Shown here: piece after piece, positions 1 to 12,442 of the stretch | How positions within the stretch are numbered: position 1 is the stretch's first letter | Layout of the letters: each line of letters starts with the position of its first letter | Origin: Naegleria gruberi | Taxonomy: Eukaryota | Reading direction: 5' to 3' (one strand) | Assembly (NCBI GenBank): GCA_000004985.1 | Contig: GG738901.1 | Length of the DNA stretch: 64,000 nt | Notes under the pieces: generated by a model | Databases searched by the model: none | Told to the model about the DNA's origin: nothing | Seen by the model: only the letters and a program-made list of their open reading frames with translations | Translations under genes and position numbers: made by a program

Positions 1-925
1 CATCAGGATTCAATCTGGTAGCCTTGATTTGGGCAGTGTATTCGACATCCCAGTCATCTTCTTCAATTTCCTTGATCAATTCATCACGTTCAGTTGGGAA
101 ATATCTATCAATGAACCATGGAGCCATGTATTGTTGAGTCAATCCATTTTCTTCTCTTCTGAGGAGAGGAGTTTCACGGACCAATTCTTCAGTCACGAGC
201 TTGAGTTGTGGCAAAGCTTCAACCAAGTCATCCTTTAATTGACCCAAAACAGGGTTCAACAATTCGTCTAATTTTTCTTCGATAACCTTGGTATCAATTC
301 TTGGACGAGTCTTTTCAACAACCAATTCAAAATCTCTCTTAATCTTTTGAACAGTTGAAGTACCCAACTTCTTTTCCCATTCAGCCCAATCAATAGAAAC
401 TTGCTTCTTGTGGGTTTCTTCTTCCAATTCCATCTTGAATTGCTTCATTTCCTTGAATTCTCTTTCAAATTGTGGCAACAATGATTTTTCAGTTTCAGTA
501 CGTTGGAACAATCTGGCAAATTCAATCCAATCAACATCCAAATCACCATTGTCAGATTTTTTATAGAATTTTGGTTCTTTACCTCTGAGGATTTCTTCAA
601 CTTCTTCCTTTGGGAAATCCAAGGTCTTGTTGATGAAGGAAACAAATTCATCATCATGATAAGTAGTCTTGTTCATGAGTTCTCTGAATTGTGATTCGAA
701 TTCTTCAAAAGATGTTTCAAATCTTGGTTTGAAGAGTTTAGCATCTTCATCTTGCAAAAGTTCTTCGAATTTCTTAACAATGTTTTCAGTAGTGATCAAG
801 TCATCATGATAAACAGTTGGTTCAGAATCAGGAAGATTAGCTGTGGAAGCGCTTCTCTTAGCGATGTTGTTCAACACAGCACAAGTGCTTCTCTTTTTGA
901 TGAGAGACAAACCTTTGCGAAGCAT
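1..925 (-). CDS. Partial CDS of a mitochondrial-presequence-like protein of uncertain family. The 3' end runs off the window at position 1.
   Basis: A continuous minus-strand reading frame of at least 308 codons starts at ATG 925..923 and has no stop before position 1. The N-terminus MLRKGLSLIKKRSTCAVLNNIAKRSAST is basic and Ser/Thr-rich, like a mitochondrial presequence. The rest is E/K-rich with repeated DxDWxEF and IDWAEW motifs, which resemble ATP-synthase peripheral-stalk subunit d. That resemblance is from memory only. The ORF track omits it because the frame leaves the window. Confidence 0.6.
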   Translation of the reverse strand, partial: MLRKGLSLIKKRSTCAVLNNIAKRSASTANLPDSEPTVYHDDLITTENIVKKFEELLQDEDAKLFKPRFETSFEEFESQFRELMNKTTYHDDEFVSFINKTLDFPKEEVEEILRGKEPKFYKKSDNGDLDVDWIEFARLFQRTETEKSLLPQFEREFKEMKQFKMELEEETHKKQVSIDWAEWEKKLGTSTVQKIKRDFELVVEKTRPRIDTKVIEEKLDELLNPVLGQLKDDLVEALPQLKLVTEELVRETPLLRREENGLTQQYMAPWFIDRYFPTERDELIKEIEEDDWDVEYTAQIKATRLNPD

Positions 926-1548
926 TTTTCGTGGTGGATTTTTTTTCGTTTTTTTAAAAAATTTTATTGTAGTTTACAATCCCGAAAAAATGCTAGCTGT
1001 GTCGAAATGAAGGAATCATTAAAATATTAATATCTTCATCATCTTTGGGTATATTATTGGCCATGAATTGTTTAATATTATATTCTTTAATATTTACCTC
1101 CATACAACATTAGAAAACAGGCTTGCTTTTGCTTTCCTTTAGAATCCTCATGATGTTAGCGCGCCAAAAAAAATTACTAGTTCGCATTTTTAATGGTCCG
1201 ACTTTAATTTTTCCATTCCGAACGTCATCATCATGTAAAAATTAATTAATTAATATTTTGTGATGATGAGGCTTGATCGGGACATTGTGTTTCTCTTCTC
1301 TTTTCGATTATGTGGTTCTCTTTAGTAGATGAAAGAGATTAACGATGAACTATTAGCAAATTTAATAATTCAAAAGAGGATCAAAATCGCTGGACAGATG
1401 ACAATTTTCAAAATAAAAAAATTTCCAATTAACAAATCGGATAATCATCATCATACCTTTTGAAATTCAAGCACACTAGAACAAAATCTACATTGAAAAC
1501 AATCATCACACCTTTTAATTAGCATATCTAAATATTATCATCATTGCA

Positions 1549-3804
1549 ATGGGTGTAAAACAAAAGAAATATAAAAACGGAGAGGAATATAATGGAGATT
1601 GGAGTAATAATAAAAGACATGGATTTGGTATTCATTCATGGCCAGATAATAGAATTTATGTATGTAATTTAAATTTGCATCGTGATGGAAATTTATTCGA
1701 TTTATTATTCGAAATAATGATGGCAATAGGAAGGTCAATTTAAAGACGATTCAATGAATGGTCATGGAAAATATCAATGGCCAGACAATAGACTCTATGT
1801 AAGTACTATTACAATACTCTAAAATAATTTATTCAATAATTATTGAATCAATTACTGAACGACATAATTATTCGAATTCAAATATAAAAGGAAGGATCTT
1901 TCGTCCAAGATCACATGACAGGAAGAGGTCATTATTTTCAAGATAAAAGAGATCCTCTCTTAGAAGAAATCAGCGGAGAATTTTTGAATGGAGTTCTTCA
2001 TGGTCGTGGAACTTGTTTTAAGAAAATTCTGAGTCCTCAAAATGTAACTACTGGACTTGTGATAACAGTTGGATATTGTTGGAATAGAGGAACTTTACAT
2101 CACGGGTTTGAGATTATAGTAGATAGTAATAATAATGTTCAATCTATCAAACAATTCAAATCAAATTTCAAATATTCATTTGATCCACATGCAGGTGACA
2201 TTTTCTTTGAAAATGATAATGATGTTCCAGTTTCAGTGACTACTAATGGAGGCACAAATGGAAATGCACCAACAACTCCAACAAGTGGTAAAGTTCCACT
2301 TTTGAGTTTATCTAATATTGGTAATTCAAGTTCTGGTAGTTTGGATGCCATTTCTCCGAGAGTGAATAATTCACTAACTCCAAATTCTTCAAGGTCACCA
2401 AGAACTCCAAGAAATCACTTGATAAAACCAGTTGGAATCAACGAGGCCAAGATTGAACAAATTGAATTTATTGAAGTTGGAGAGCTGAATCGTGTGAAAA
2501 ATGATTTGGTGGAGAAACAATCGGGTTTACTTCATGCATGGAAGGAAAAATTGAATAATGTACAAGAAAAGATTAAAAATCTCACAAAACAAAAGGCAAA
2601 TTTGGAGAGTCAATTGGCTGAAGTAACAGAGGAATTAACCTATTTCAGAAATAAGGACACTGAAACTGAGCAAAGATTAGAGCAATACATTTCCCAACAT
2701 AAGGAACTTTTCGAAGAATATGAACTTGTCACCAATAAGAAGATTAAAACATTGGAAAGCACTATTCATGAGATTAATCAAGTTAAAGAAATGGAAATTG
2801 CAAAAAAGAATTCAGAAATGGAAGAATTGAGACAATCTCTCCACAACAAGATTGAAAATCTAGATCGTGAATGGAATCAAAAGTACTCTGATTTGGAAAA
2901 GGTCAAGACAACACAACAACCAACAGCTGCAGTCGATGAATCACCAACAAGCCTCTCTCCTGAAACAAATCAAATTTCAGCAATACCAAAGAGGAGATCA
3001 TCCATAATGAGACACAGAAGATCATTCTCCTCAATGGACGTTCCACAAATGCAAACAACAAGCGAGGGAGATGATTCGAGCTCAACTAGTATTGGATCAG
3101 TATCTCCTGCCTCAAATACCAATATTGGAACTCAGGTCATTGGAGAAGAGTTTGATATCGAGTCAAGTCCACATGCCACAACAACTTACAAAACTCTAAA
3201 CAGCAACACTGCCATCAATACAAATTACGAAACGGCTCAACAGAGAGAAAATAAGATTATTGGACGACCTCGATCAAATTCACAAGACAATTCCTCAGCA
3301 ACTTCATCCATTGACATTGTGAGAGGAACAGTCAATAGTGCCCAGCTCAATATTCAAGAACGACCACCACAACCAATCATTGACATTGCAGCTACATCAT
3401 CTGAAAAATCCACAACTGAAAATTCATCATCTGAAAACACAACTGCATCCTCAAATGGAAATTCCTCAAATTCTACTCAAGAATCATCTCAAGCAACAGA
3501 GCATTCTAATGACAATGAAAATAATTCAATCAACTCGAATGAATCAAATCAAAATATGCAATTTGACATTTCTCCACGTATTTCCACAAGTGAAACCAAA
3601 CATTCAATCAAATCAACTTCTCTTGAGAATTCTCCAAAATCTTCTCAAACTTCTACGTGGGTTTCTGCTGATATTCTCTATCAGAAAATTAGAGAAAATC
3701 TCAAAAAGACTTCCTCTCCATCAGAAAAGGAAAGTTCTGGAAAACAAATTTCAGATTCCTTTGATTGGCGACAAGTTTTGAAAAAGAATAACAACCATAA
3801 ATAA
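1549..3804 (+). CDS. MORN-repeat protein with a long coiled-coil and Ser/Asn-rich C-terminus. Exons are 1549..1659, 1730..1798 and 1891..3804.
   Basis: Exon 1 encodes YNGDWSNNKRHGFGIHSWPDNRIY, exon 2 encodes EGQFKDDSMNGHGKYQWPDNRLY, and exon 3 begins EGSFVQDHMTGRGHYF. These are three to four consecutive MORN repeats (YxGxWxxGxxxGxG). Introns 1660..1729 and 1799..1890 have GTATGT/GTAAGT donors and AG acceptors. Exon phases are 0/0 and in frame with track ORF 1915..3804. The downstream part is heptad-rich (LESQLAEVTEELTYF...), followed by S/T/N-rich sequence. Confidence 0.75.
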
Positions 3805-4020
3805 ATTAATTGTAAAATAGATCATATCAGCTCTTAGAGTAATTTTCGATAAACTATTTATGAATACTTTAGGAAATAAAGCAGGAAGACTGTTTTTTCT
3901 AAAATAGGAATTTTTAAAAAATTGTTAATTTACCAAAAATGGAATTTTAATTGAAATTCACAAGATGATTTTTAAGCCACTACTAGTTTTAATCAAAATT
4001 TGAAAAATTAAACAAAAATA

Positions 4021-4974
4021 ATGTCCACCTCGCCAATCATTTCTTCCAATGCTCTAAACACAATCAATGCTGAGGAAACTGCAACCTCCAACAAACCAGA
4101 ATTAACTGACAATCCACCACCACAAGAAAGTCTCTCCATAGCTGGTGGAGAATCTAATCTGTTGAATAAATCAGACGAAACAACAAAACCTTCATCAACA
4201 GATGAAATTCCAATTATTCATCACCATCAACATCAAGATCAAGTACCTGCAATGAGCACAACAAGTGCATCTAGAAGTGGTGAACATTCTGTTGGCTCCT
4301 CATCCTCTCAGCAAATTGCTCCAACCACAACGATGGTTTCTGTGATTGTGGACGAATCTGAGGAGGATAAGGATTTATTGAGAAGTGATTATGGAAATAA
4401 GAGTTTCTATCACCTTCATGCACTGAATGATGAACCATTGAGCAATTATTGTAAAAACTATGGAGAATCCACTGAAGGAAATAAGTTTGCCAAGTTGGCC
4501 AGATTGATTAATCACTTTCCAAATTTCAATAGAAAAGGAATGGAGAGATTTACCTTGGAGGGTTTGAAAGAAATGTGTCTTGAATTAGGGTTGAATACAG
4601 AAGGAAAGAAGGCCCTTCTAATTGATAGATTATTCAACTTGTACATTGAGAAACATAAGGATTCAAAATTGGAATTCACATTCGATACTGCAAAGGGAAC
4701 CACCACTGAAAGTGAAGAACTTCACACTCATGAAGAGGAAGAAGAAGAGGTCAATCCAAAAACTGGAGAACCATTCAGAAAATCTCCTCGAGTTGCAAAG
4801 AGAAAACAAACAGAAAAAGATACATCAAGTAAGAAAACAAAATCAGACGACTCCATCACCAGAGAATACTTTATGAAACATGCTGATGATTTGAAATTCA
4901 TTGTTGATGGAAAGGAACACACAGCTGCAAAGAAATCTGAAACTCACAATTCATTTGGATGGCATTACAGGTAA
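4021..4974 (+). CDS. SAP-domain protein that is acidic and lysine-rich. A 3' exon 5018..5123 is possible but unconfirmed.
   Basis: ORF of 317 aa starting at ATG 4021. It carries the SAP motif LEGLKEMCLELGLNTEGKKALLIDRLFNLY. The stop TAA at 4972..4974 lies inside a consensus donor, cag|GTAAGT. A phase-compatible acceptor (aaaacag|T at 5016/5017) would splice to an in-frame 35-codon tail ending at TAA 5121..5123. Confidence 0.7.
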   Translation: MSTSPIISSNALNTINAEETATSNKPELTDNPPPQESLSIAGGESNLLNKSDETTKPSSTDEIPIIHHHQHQDQVPAMSTTSASRSGEHSVGSSSSQQIAPTTTMVSVIVDESEEDKDLLRSDYGNKSFYHLHALNDEPLSNYCKNYGESTEGNKFAKLARLINHFPNFNRKGMERFTLEGLKEMCLELGLNTEGKKALLIDRLFNLYIEKHKDSKLEFTFDTAKGTTTESEELHTHEEEEEEVNPKTGEPFRKSPRVAKRKQTEKDTSSKKTKSDDSITREYFMKHADDLKFIVDGKEHTAAKKSETHNSFGWHYR

Positions 4975-5146
4975 GTTTTTGAGCTTTCAATCTCAATTGA
5001 CTCACATATGAAAACAGTGGAGCAGGAAAGATTGATGTTGGATCACATTCAGTTCCAGTTACATATACATTTAATGCAATAGTTAAAAAGAGTGGAAGAA
5101 AAGAAGAATCAGAGGAAGAATAATCTCTTCTCTTGTTGTAATTTTA

Positions 5147-6611
5147 TCAACGCTTCAAATTGTTAGGAGTAAATTCTGTGAATTTCAGAGCTTTTCTCTT
5201 CTTATCTTTTTGCTGTGTTTCATGAATGCCATGATAAAAATCCTGATATTCATTCGTGTTAAATGTCACTGATGAGTTTGATGATGAACTGTTTCTTCGT
5301 TGATTAAAATCAAATGATTGAGGCACGTTACTATTAGTTATTGTAATTCTCTTCTTTTTTCCTGTATTATTATTTGAAAGATTGGTTACACTAATACTTG
5401 GTGTCGTTAATTGGAAATTACTGCTGGAATCCGAATCACTTCCTTGATATTGCATATTATTGTTGGTATTATTATTATCAGGAGATGGAATACTGCCTAG
5501 ATGAAAATTGTTAAAGGAAGAAAGAGAATTATTGGTCTGTGACATTTCAAACATTGAATTTCTTCGATAGGATTGGGATGGTTGTAAATGTGTTTTGGAA
5601 ATCAATGGATTCTGACTCATAAAGACACGTTGATGGTAAAGATTTTGAGAAAATTCACTTATCTCTGGTGGAGTTAACATGTTTTTGACATGTTGAGGAG
5701 GGTTTGTCATATTCATTGATAAATTATTCATACTGCTGCTGTTATTATAATTATTGCATGTATTGAATGGTAGATTAAGTTGAGGATCAAACATTCTATG
5801 ACTTGCAGGTTCTTCCATTAATTGATTTCTACTACTAGTTGGAATTTGTTTTGAAGTCTGCAGCATTAAATTAGTGAAAGATGTTGATGATTCATCCAAT
5901 GATCTTGCTTTTCTGACATGTCGATATTTTCTCAATCCTTCTTCTAAGAGATCATCCAAGCTTTCCTCCTTTAAAACAAAAGTTCCATTAACATTGTTAT
6001 GATGTGATGTATTGTTGATACTATTAGTATTGTTCTGATCAGAAAGTGCTGGAGATGTTGTACATGTGATATCATCAATTTGCATCTTTAAACATGTGTG
6101 TGATGAATATGAGAGTGACCAAATTGCTTTTACCTACCTTATTAAAAGATTCATATTCATTATTGGGAATGCCCGGAGATGACTCCATCATTAAATCATT
6201 ATTCGTATTATTGATCATTCTCATATTCTCTGGTTGTTGAATCACAATATTAATTAAGGCTTGAATATTTGCCTGATCTGGCGATTGTTGTTGTTGGTGA
6301 TGTATTGGATGTGGAGATAATGGCATGGTTGGACTGTTATTATTGAATTGTTGTTGTTGTTGCTGTTGTTGGCGTAATCTCGAATTGTTCATGTTGAAAG
6401 CATGTTGTGGTGCATTGTTTGGTTGTGAGTGGAATGAAATGGTTTGCTGTTTCATGTTGGATGATGGTGAAGAAGTGGAGCATGTAGGTGATGGTGATGA
6501 TGTATTATTTGCAAGATTTGTTGAGGCTTGATGATTAACACTATCAAATGATAGGCTTCTTCTAAAACCATTGGACACATCATTAAGCATGGAAAATTGT
6601 GAAGGATTCAT
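5147..6611 (-). CDS. Gln/Asn/Ser-rich low-complexity protein with a polyQ tract. Exons are 6138..6611 and 5147..6085 on the minus strand.
   Basis: Two minus-strand track ORFs are in different frames. They are joined by a 52-nt intron at 6086..6137 with a GTAGGTAAAAG donor and a tttaaag acceptor, in phase 0. The product has (Q)8+, N-rich and S-rich tracts and no recognisable domain. A further 5' exon was not found. Confidence 0.6.
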
Positions 6612-7196
6612 TAGGATTCCATGAAAGTATAAAGCAGTCTGCTGGTGGTTTGGTCTTTGGTAATATGAGTTGGTGTTGTTGTTGTTGTTGTTGGTTTCTA
6701 AAGACAGTCCCTTCTCTTCCTTCTTATCGTATCTTCAAAATGGGGAAAACTAACAAACACCTCAGTCGTGCTTTTCTTTTAAGGTATTTTCTGTTCCAAA
6801 CACTTGAGGAGGCAAATACATTCCACTATCCATTCCATCAACGATTCGATATTGGTGCTCGCAGTTGTAAGAGTTAGTTAATAACCATGTACCATTGTTA
6901 CTACTATTCTATTGTGTAATGTAATAGTGGAGAGTATGATGTTGTTAAATAATATAGTATCTTTGGCAGGTGGTATATTCCATTGAGCGTGCTGAGATGT
7001 ATCAATACTATTGAATAGAACATCAAAGGAAACAACAGTAACACTCCTTAAAACAAATAAGGTAAGGGATTTCTTTAATAGCAAAATTTAAGTTATACAG
7101 ATTTTTGTAAAGGTCGCCATATTTGCCACTGAAGCCGCCAAATAACGACCACCACACTCAATAAAATCAAGCATTGCTTGTAAGGTGCGTAATAAT

Positions 7197-8867
7197 TTAT
7201 TGTTGTGGGCAACCTGGAGGCATTTCGCCACCTTTTCCTCCCTTCTTCTTCTTTTGGCCACCAAAGGCAAGTTCTTGAAGGAATTGATTCATCACCTCAT
7301 TAGCATTACCTTCAGCAAATTCATCCATATCTTCATAGTCATCATCCTCATCACCTTCTTCAACATCTTCGTAATTTTCATCATCATCATCTTCATCATC
7401 ACCTTCTTCTCTCATTCTTTTGAGTTGATCTGCAATATCTTTATCAAAATCATGTTCTTCGAAAGAATAATCTGCTTCTGATGGACAACCACACATGGTT
7501 CTCATTCTGTATCCAATCCAATCGTCATTGCAAAGGGTTGTATCGCCACTATGAACTGTAGAGCTGAAATAAATAGCTCTCAACAATTGATAATCGCTAA
7601 TAATTGAGTATCTGGTATCATTTCCAAGAATGACAGTTCTAAATTCTCTTAATTGTTTCAAGAAAATTCTGAAATTTCTCTTTTCAATAGCTATCCAATC
7701 ACTTTCTTGGAATCTATCGTCATCATCCAAATAATTTTCAAAGAATAATGTCCATGGGATTGATTTCAAACTTTCTGCATCGCTTGTTGCCAATGGCAAA
7801 ACCCTATAATCGAGTTTAGTTAAAAAGTCGTGACTATGATAACGAGCCTTGTGGAAGAAGGTATATTTGAGCTCAATGCATTCATATGATTTTGTAGAAT
7901 GGAATCTAACAAGTGTATCCAAGCTTCCAATAGCTCCAACATCAATATATCCTGGGCTGAAATCAATTACACATGCTTGAGCACAGAAATCAGCAACAAT
8001 GGACTTATCTTTGATATCAGAGAGGGCATTCTTCATAATTGAAAATGTAGTTTTCAATATAGTTTCGCAGCTATCCTCATCTTCTTCTTCTGCATACTTA
8101 TTATGTTTCTTTTGATTTTCAACACGATCAACAAAATATTGATGCCACTTTTCATTTTCTTCAGGTGTTAATTCATCAGCAGAAGGTTCCAATTTGAAAA
8201 TTTCCTTGCTCTTTGCTCTCCAATCGATAGTCTTATTTGTTTCACTTTCTTGAATGATTTGATCGGCTTTATCTAAATCAAAGTAACCAGTATTCTTTGA
8301 AAGAGCCAAAACTTTGGCTTTATATTCTTCGAATTCCTTTAAACCTAAAGTAGTATTTGCAACGACGAAAGGATTGTATGATTCAATAAGATGGGATCCA
8401 GTTTCGAAAGAAATATGATGATTCTTTTCAACCAAATAATAGAATACGAAAGCATCCAATGGTAAATTCAATAATTTAGAGAGTGACAACTTGACAGTTT
8501 GTTCACTTCTTCTCTTGGTCAATGGAATTCTGAATCTAAAATGTGGTACAGCAACATTGTCTCTTTCGACAAGTTCAATATTTCTCTTTTTTACAAATTC
8601 GCTAACTTCTCCAATGCACAACAAGGAAAAATCAATTGTTCTGAACATTCCCTCATTCTTGGTTTCCTCTTCAAGAGGAGCAAGAAGTTTTTCCAATTCT
8701 TCATCACTCAATACCACAGCATCAAGTGATTCTCCGATTGGTTTTATCTCCTCAGGTTTTGTTTCTTCTTTCAAACCTCCAACAATGGTGATAACTTCTT
8801 CCTCCTCGACATATTCTTCAATGACTGGCATTGTTGCTTTGTGATGATATTTTTTTAAAAAGTTCAA
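7197..8867 (-). CDS. Hypothetical protein with a strongly acidic C-terminal tail. The start is 8867 or 8831.
   Basis: Uninterrupted minus-strand ORF of 556 aa. Two ATGs are available, MNFLKKYHHKAT and MPVIEEY. The C-terminal 90 aa are D/E-rich (EEGDDEDDDDENYEDVEEGDEDDDYEDMDEF), followed by a GGQKKKKGGKGG tail. I could not assign a family with confidence. Confidence 0.6.
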   Translation of the reverse strand: MNFLKKYHHKATMPVIEEYVEEEEVITIVGGLKEETKPEEIKPIGESLDAVVLSDEELEKLLAPLEEETKNEGMFRTIDFSLLCIGEVSEFVKKRNIELVERDNVAVPHFRFRIPLTKRRSEQTVKLSLSKLLNLPLDAFVFYYLVEKNHHISFETGSHLIESYNPFVVANTTLGLKEFEEYKAKVLALSKNTGYFDLDKADQIIQESETNKTIDWRAKSKEIFKLEPSADELTPEENEKWHQYFVDRVENQKKHNKYAEEEDEDSCETILKTTFSIMKNALSDIKDKSIVADFCAQACVIDFSPGYIDVGAIGSLDTLVRFHSTKSYECIELKYTFFHKARYHSHDFLTKLDYRVLPLATSDAESLKSIPWTLFFENYLDDDDRFQESDWIAIEKRNFRIFLKQLREFRTVILGNDTRYSIISDYQLLRAIYFSSTVHSGDTTLCNDDWIGYRMRTMCGCPSEADYSFEEHDFDKDIADQLKRMREEGDDEDDDDENYEDVEEGDEDDDYEDMDEFAEGNANEVMNQFLQELAFGGQKKKKGGKGGEMPPGCPQQ

Positions 8868-9477
8868 AATATATATTTGATGATCAAATTTTCTACCAAG
8901 CCAATATGAGAATTTGTAATGTTCAATTATTGAATTAAATAATTAATTATATTTAATGGAAGTGATTTGGAAAATAAATTAATTTCATATTTGTAATGAT
9001 TTGTCCTTCCTAATTGAAAATTCAAAGATTGTAATTCGATGGTCAAAATTCATTTCACCAATAAAGGAGAGTGTATTGATTTATTTGTGAATCGGTCCAA
9101 AACTTGAAGGAGAATAAAAGATTTTTAGATTTAGATTACAGTGTGCAATATCTTGATATCCGTGAGCTTTTTGGAACAGTTCAACTCCCTAACCACCAAA
9201 CGATCTTCATATTCCTTCCTATTCACATCTTCCTACAAGCATTCAACAAAATTACGTATCCACACTACCTCCCTATCAAAACATCTCGATTATCATTCCT
9301 GATTACAATTTCCTTGCAGAATTGTTACGATTTTGCAAACAACAATGTCAATGTCTTCCACTTCCGCGTGCTGAAATTTGATTAAAAAAAAATTGCAAAA
9401 AATAAGAAAATTTAAATTTTCATATCCTTGTTGGAAGATTTGCTATCAACCTATCTCGAGTGTTTGACAAATTTGAA

Positions 9478-11259
9478 ATGCCAAGTTTTTTTAAATCGGT
9501 ATCATCCGATAAGACTGATACTCACATGTATAATGTAGAGGATATTGATATTAGAGATTGGAGTGTTGAAGATTTTGCCTATTGGTTATTACAGAAAAAT
9601 TACAAAAAGAAAATCATCAAAGGTTAGTTTCATCATCATCATCATCATGATATTTATTTGTGATTTAAAAAAGTATTGAAAAAGGAAAAGTGGAATGGTG
9701 ACTCTTTAATGGAATTGAAACAAGAAGGAGATTTACAATCTAAAATTCCTTCAGGTGTTGCCAAATCAATATTTGCTGATATTCAATTATTAAAAACAAA
9801 ACAAGCTGAGGAAAGTCAAAAGAAAACGGAGAAATTAACACCAGACGAAATACGGAAATCTCGATCATTTAAACCTGTTAATATTGTAGATGATGAAACT
9901 GAACATGTCGGATCTGTTCTCAGTACAACAAGTTCTATAAGATCTAGGGAAGGATCAATGATTAAAGCAGCAACTCCTATTCCTGTTGATAATGGAAACA
10001 ACAATCCACTTTCATCAAATGAATTTGTAGAACTCTTTAATGATATGAGAAATATAGTAATTGCTTACAAATCAACTTCACCAATTAACATGGCTCGTTC
10101 GGGTACTGTCATTAATAATTCTAGCACTCAATCAAATGATAATTGCCCTGCTTGGGATATTGAATCTCTGAAAATCAATCAAAAACAAGATTACAATTGT
10201 TGTTATGGAAAAATTGAACAAATTATTGAAAAGTTTAAAATTGAAAAGAATGTGAGATTGAACACAATTTCGAAAAATCAATTGCAAGAAATCACACAAA
10301 ACTTGATCATTCAAGCAAGATTTTCCTATCAATTTTTAAATCCACAACGGTTGCTGAAGAGTGTATTGTTGGAAAATAAGAATACCATCAGCTTTTTGAG
10401 AATTAAAATCGGTGTCAGGGTAATGAACTCGGATGAAATTAATGATTATGTTAATATGATATCTGAACTACCTGAAGAAGACAAAACTGAAGAACTTCAT
10501 CTTCTTTCAGCTAGAATACCATATGCAGGATTCGCAATGGCAATTATTATTGGTCCATTCTACATTGAATGGAACAGATTTGGTATTGCAACAGTGAGAA
10601 ATAAGCACTATAGCCATGACGTTTTGTTTTTCGATGCTAAAGTTGTTAAAGGAAACGATGAAATTACAACACTTTTGAGCAAGCTGTCAACTTGGGCTTG
10701 TTATTGGAATGGTCAAAAAGATTTTGATATTTTACATGCCAACTCTTACACATTTTGTAAAACTATTTTTGAGAATATTGAGTGTCTGAATGATTTCCCA
10801 TCCCACATCAAAGATTTGATAGAACTATTTAAATTGGGAGGAGTTTGTGGAAATACCATCTATTTGAATTCACAACTTGAGAAATGCATTCAGCAACATG
10901 GCAGTGAATCTCTTCGTTCGAAACTTATCCACAAACAACTGCAAGCATCCATAACATTTACCAATCAAAGAGTATTCAACGAGTTTACATCAATTATTCA
11001 GGAACATCTTGATTCTGAATATCTGGAGTACTATAAGACGCTAAAGTATCAATTACAAATGATAGAACGAGGTTTTTGGTGTGATATGGAAAGAAATGGA
11101 AGAGGAATGGAAAATGAACCACTCATGGTTGACAATCAATGTAAAGCCATGTTCAATCCAAGTGGTCTTTTAGAAAATGCCTTCCTTTCCACTGATGAAC
11201 ACAATATTCACACAGATTTCGAATTTAGTAACTACTCTGTACCATTACCTAAACTTTAA
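9478..11259 (+). CDS. Protein with an N-terminal SAM-like module. Exons are 9478..9622 and 9674..11259.
   Basis: Exon 1 starts at ATG 9478 and encodes MPSFFKSVSSDKTDTHMYNVEDIDIRDWSVEDFAYWLLQKNYKKKIIKG. The unspliced frame then hits TAG. An intron at 9623..9673 has a GTTAGT donor, contains a (CAT)6 run and ends with an aaaaaag acceptor, in phase 1. It joins in frame to ORF 9676. WSVEDFAYWL...WNGDSLMEL is SAM-domain-like. Confidence 0.65.
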
Positions 11260-11296
11260 CGAGTAAATTATTATTGAATTAGTTCTATATTACAAT

Positions 11297-12442
11297 TTAT
11301 TTTTGAAAATGTTCAGCAGTCTTTCTAACCAAACGTTTCACATGACCAAGTTTCTTTACACCTAATTTCTTATAGTCTTCTTCTGTCATGTCTCTTATAT
11401 CTTTCATTACCAGCAGTTTCTTCTTTTTGAATAAACTCCAATTTTCATCCATGTGGTTTTCTTTCAGGAATTCTTCCACAGATTTCTGTTCCTCCTTCTG
11501 AGAGAATTCAATTGCTTTGGAGAGAACCCAAATTTTAAAATCTTCAGTCTTTCGTAAGTGGTTGAACACCTCTTCTTTCATTTGTGATAATACAGATTGG
11601 TACAATGTTTTTAAAACTTTCTTTGCTTCTGATTCATCTTGCTCCTTTGCTGCCTTATTAACAGCTGCCTTAGTTTTGGAGCTAACATTTAATTCGAATT
11701 GAGAATCATCATTCAAGAATTTTTCAACTACAATCAATGAAATGTCAAGATAGGACAAGTGTTGAATATCTACATTTCCAAACACTTTCTCAGTGGCATT
11801 ATCAATAACCTTGATATTCATTAATTTATCTACAAATATTTCATCATTTTCCAAACAAGTCATCATTACATTTGACAGATTAGAATTCAGTGAACCAACA
11901 CTGTTCGAATCACTCGAATCTGACTCATCAAGCTCTTCATCACACGAACTAATTCTGTGTTGAATTTTAGGATTTTTCGAGAACCAAGGTTCCAAAGCTT
12001 CAATAAACACCAATTGCTCATCATTCCTAGCTGATTCCAAATATTCTTTCAATCTTTGCTTTCCATCATTTTGTTGAATAAAACTTTCAAAGTTATTGTA
12101 AGTTTTCAATAGTTCTGAAACGGTGGCAAAATCAGAATCAGATGTAGTGGAATTTGCACTCGTTGATCTTCTCTGCATTAATTTATCAGCACAATTCAAT
12201 GATGATCGACAAGTACCACTATTCACACCACTATTCCCACCAACAAGTAGAGAACCACGTGGTGAAGCATTGTTATTGATTGTTACGATTGCCACAGATG
12301 ATGTGGTCGAATTGGCAGGTTGTTGATAAGCAGTAGCAGTGGTGGGTGACAGCAGCGATGCAGAGCTCACATGCTGATGATTCATGGACGAGGTTGTTGC
12401 TGCTGATGGTGAAGAAGCATTGTGGTGTAGAATGTTTAACAT
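11297..12442 (-). CDS. RGS-domain protein with a C-terminal SAM-like helix bundle.
   Basis: ORF of 381 aa. FESFIQQNDGKQRLKEYLESARNDEQLVFIEALEPWFSK matches the RGS-fold signature region. The N-terminus is S/T/N-rich. The C-terminal LVMKDIRDMTEEDYKKLGVKKLGHVKRLVRK is SAM-like. Confidence 0.65.
   Translation of the reverse strand: MLNILHHNASSPSAATTSSMNHQHVSSASLLSPTTATAYQQPANSTTSSVAIVTINNNASPRGSLLVGGNSGVNSGTCRSSLNCADKLMQRRSTSANSTTSDSDFATVSELLKTYNNFESFIQQNDGKQRLKEYLESARNDEQLVFIEALEPWFSKNPKIQHRISSCDEELDESDSSDSNSVGSLNSNLSNVMMTCLENDEIFVDKLMNIKVIDNATEKVFGNVDIQHLSYLDISLIVVEKFLNDDSQFELNVSSKTKAAVNKAAKEQDESEAKKVLKTLYQSVLSQMKEEVFNHLRKTEDFKIWVLSKAIEFSQKEEQKSVEEFLKENHMDENWSLFKKKKLLVMKDIRDMTEEDYKKLGVKKLGHVKRLVRKTAEHFQK

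Noticed and set aside
2139-2351. Many short minus- or alternate-frame ORFs nested inside long genes, for example 2139..2351, 3338..3781, 8491..8844, 19864..20115, 24027..24365, 50805..51281, 52810..53214 and 60684..61085
   Set aside because: Each overlaps a long ORF that has strong domain evidence on the other strand or in another frame. Their composition mirrors the partner strand. None has a recognisable motif.
9623-9673. (CAT)6 microsatellite
   Set aside because: It lies inside the intron of the SAM-like gene. It is a simple-sequence repeat of no apparent significance.
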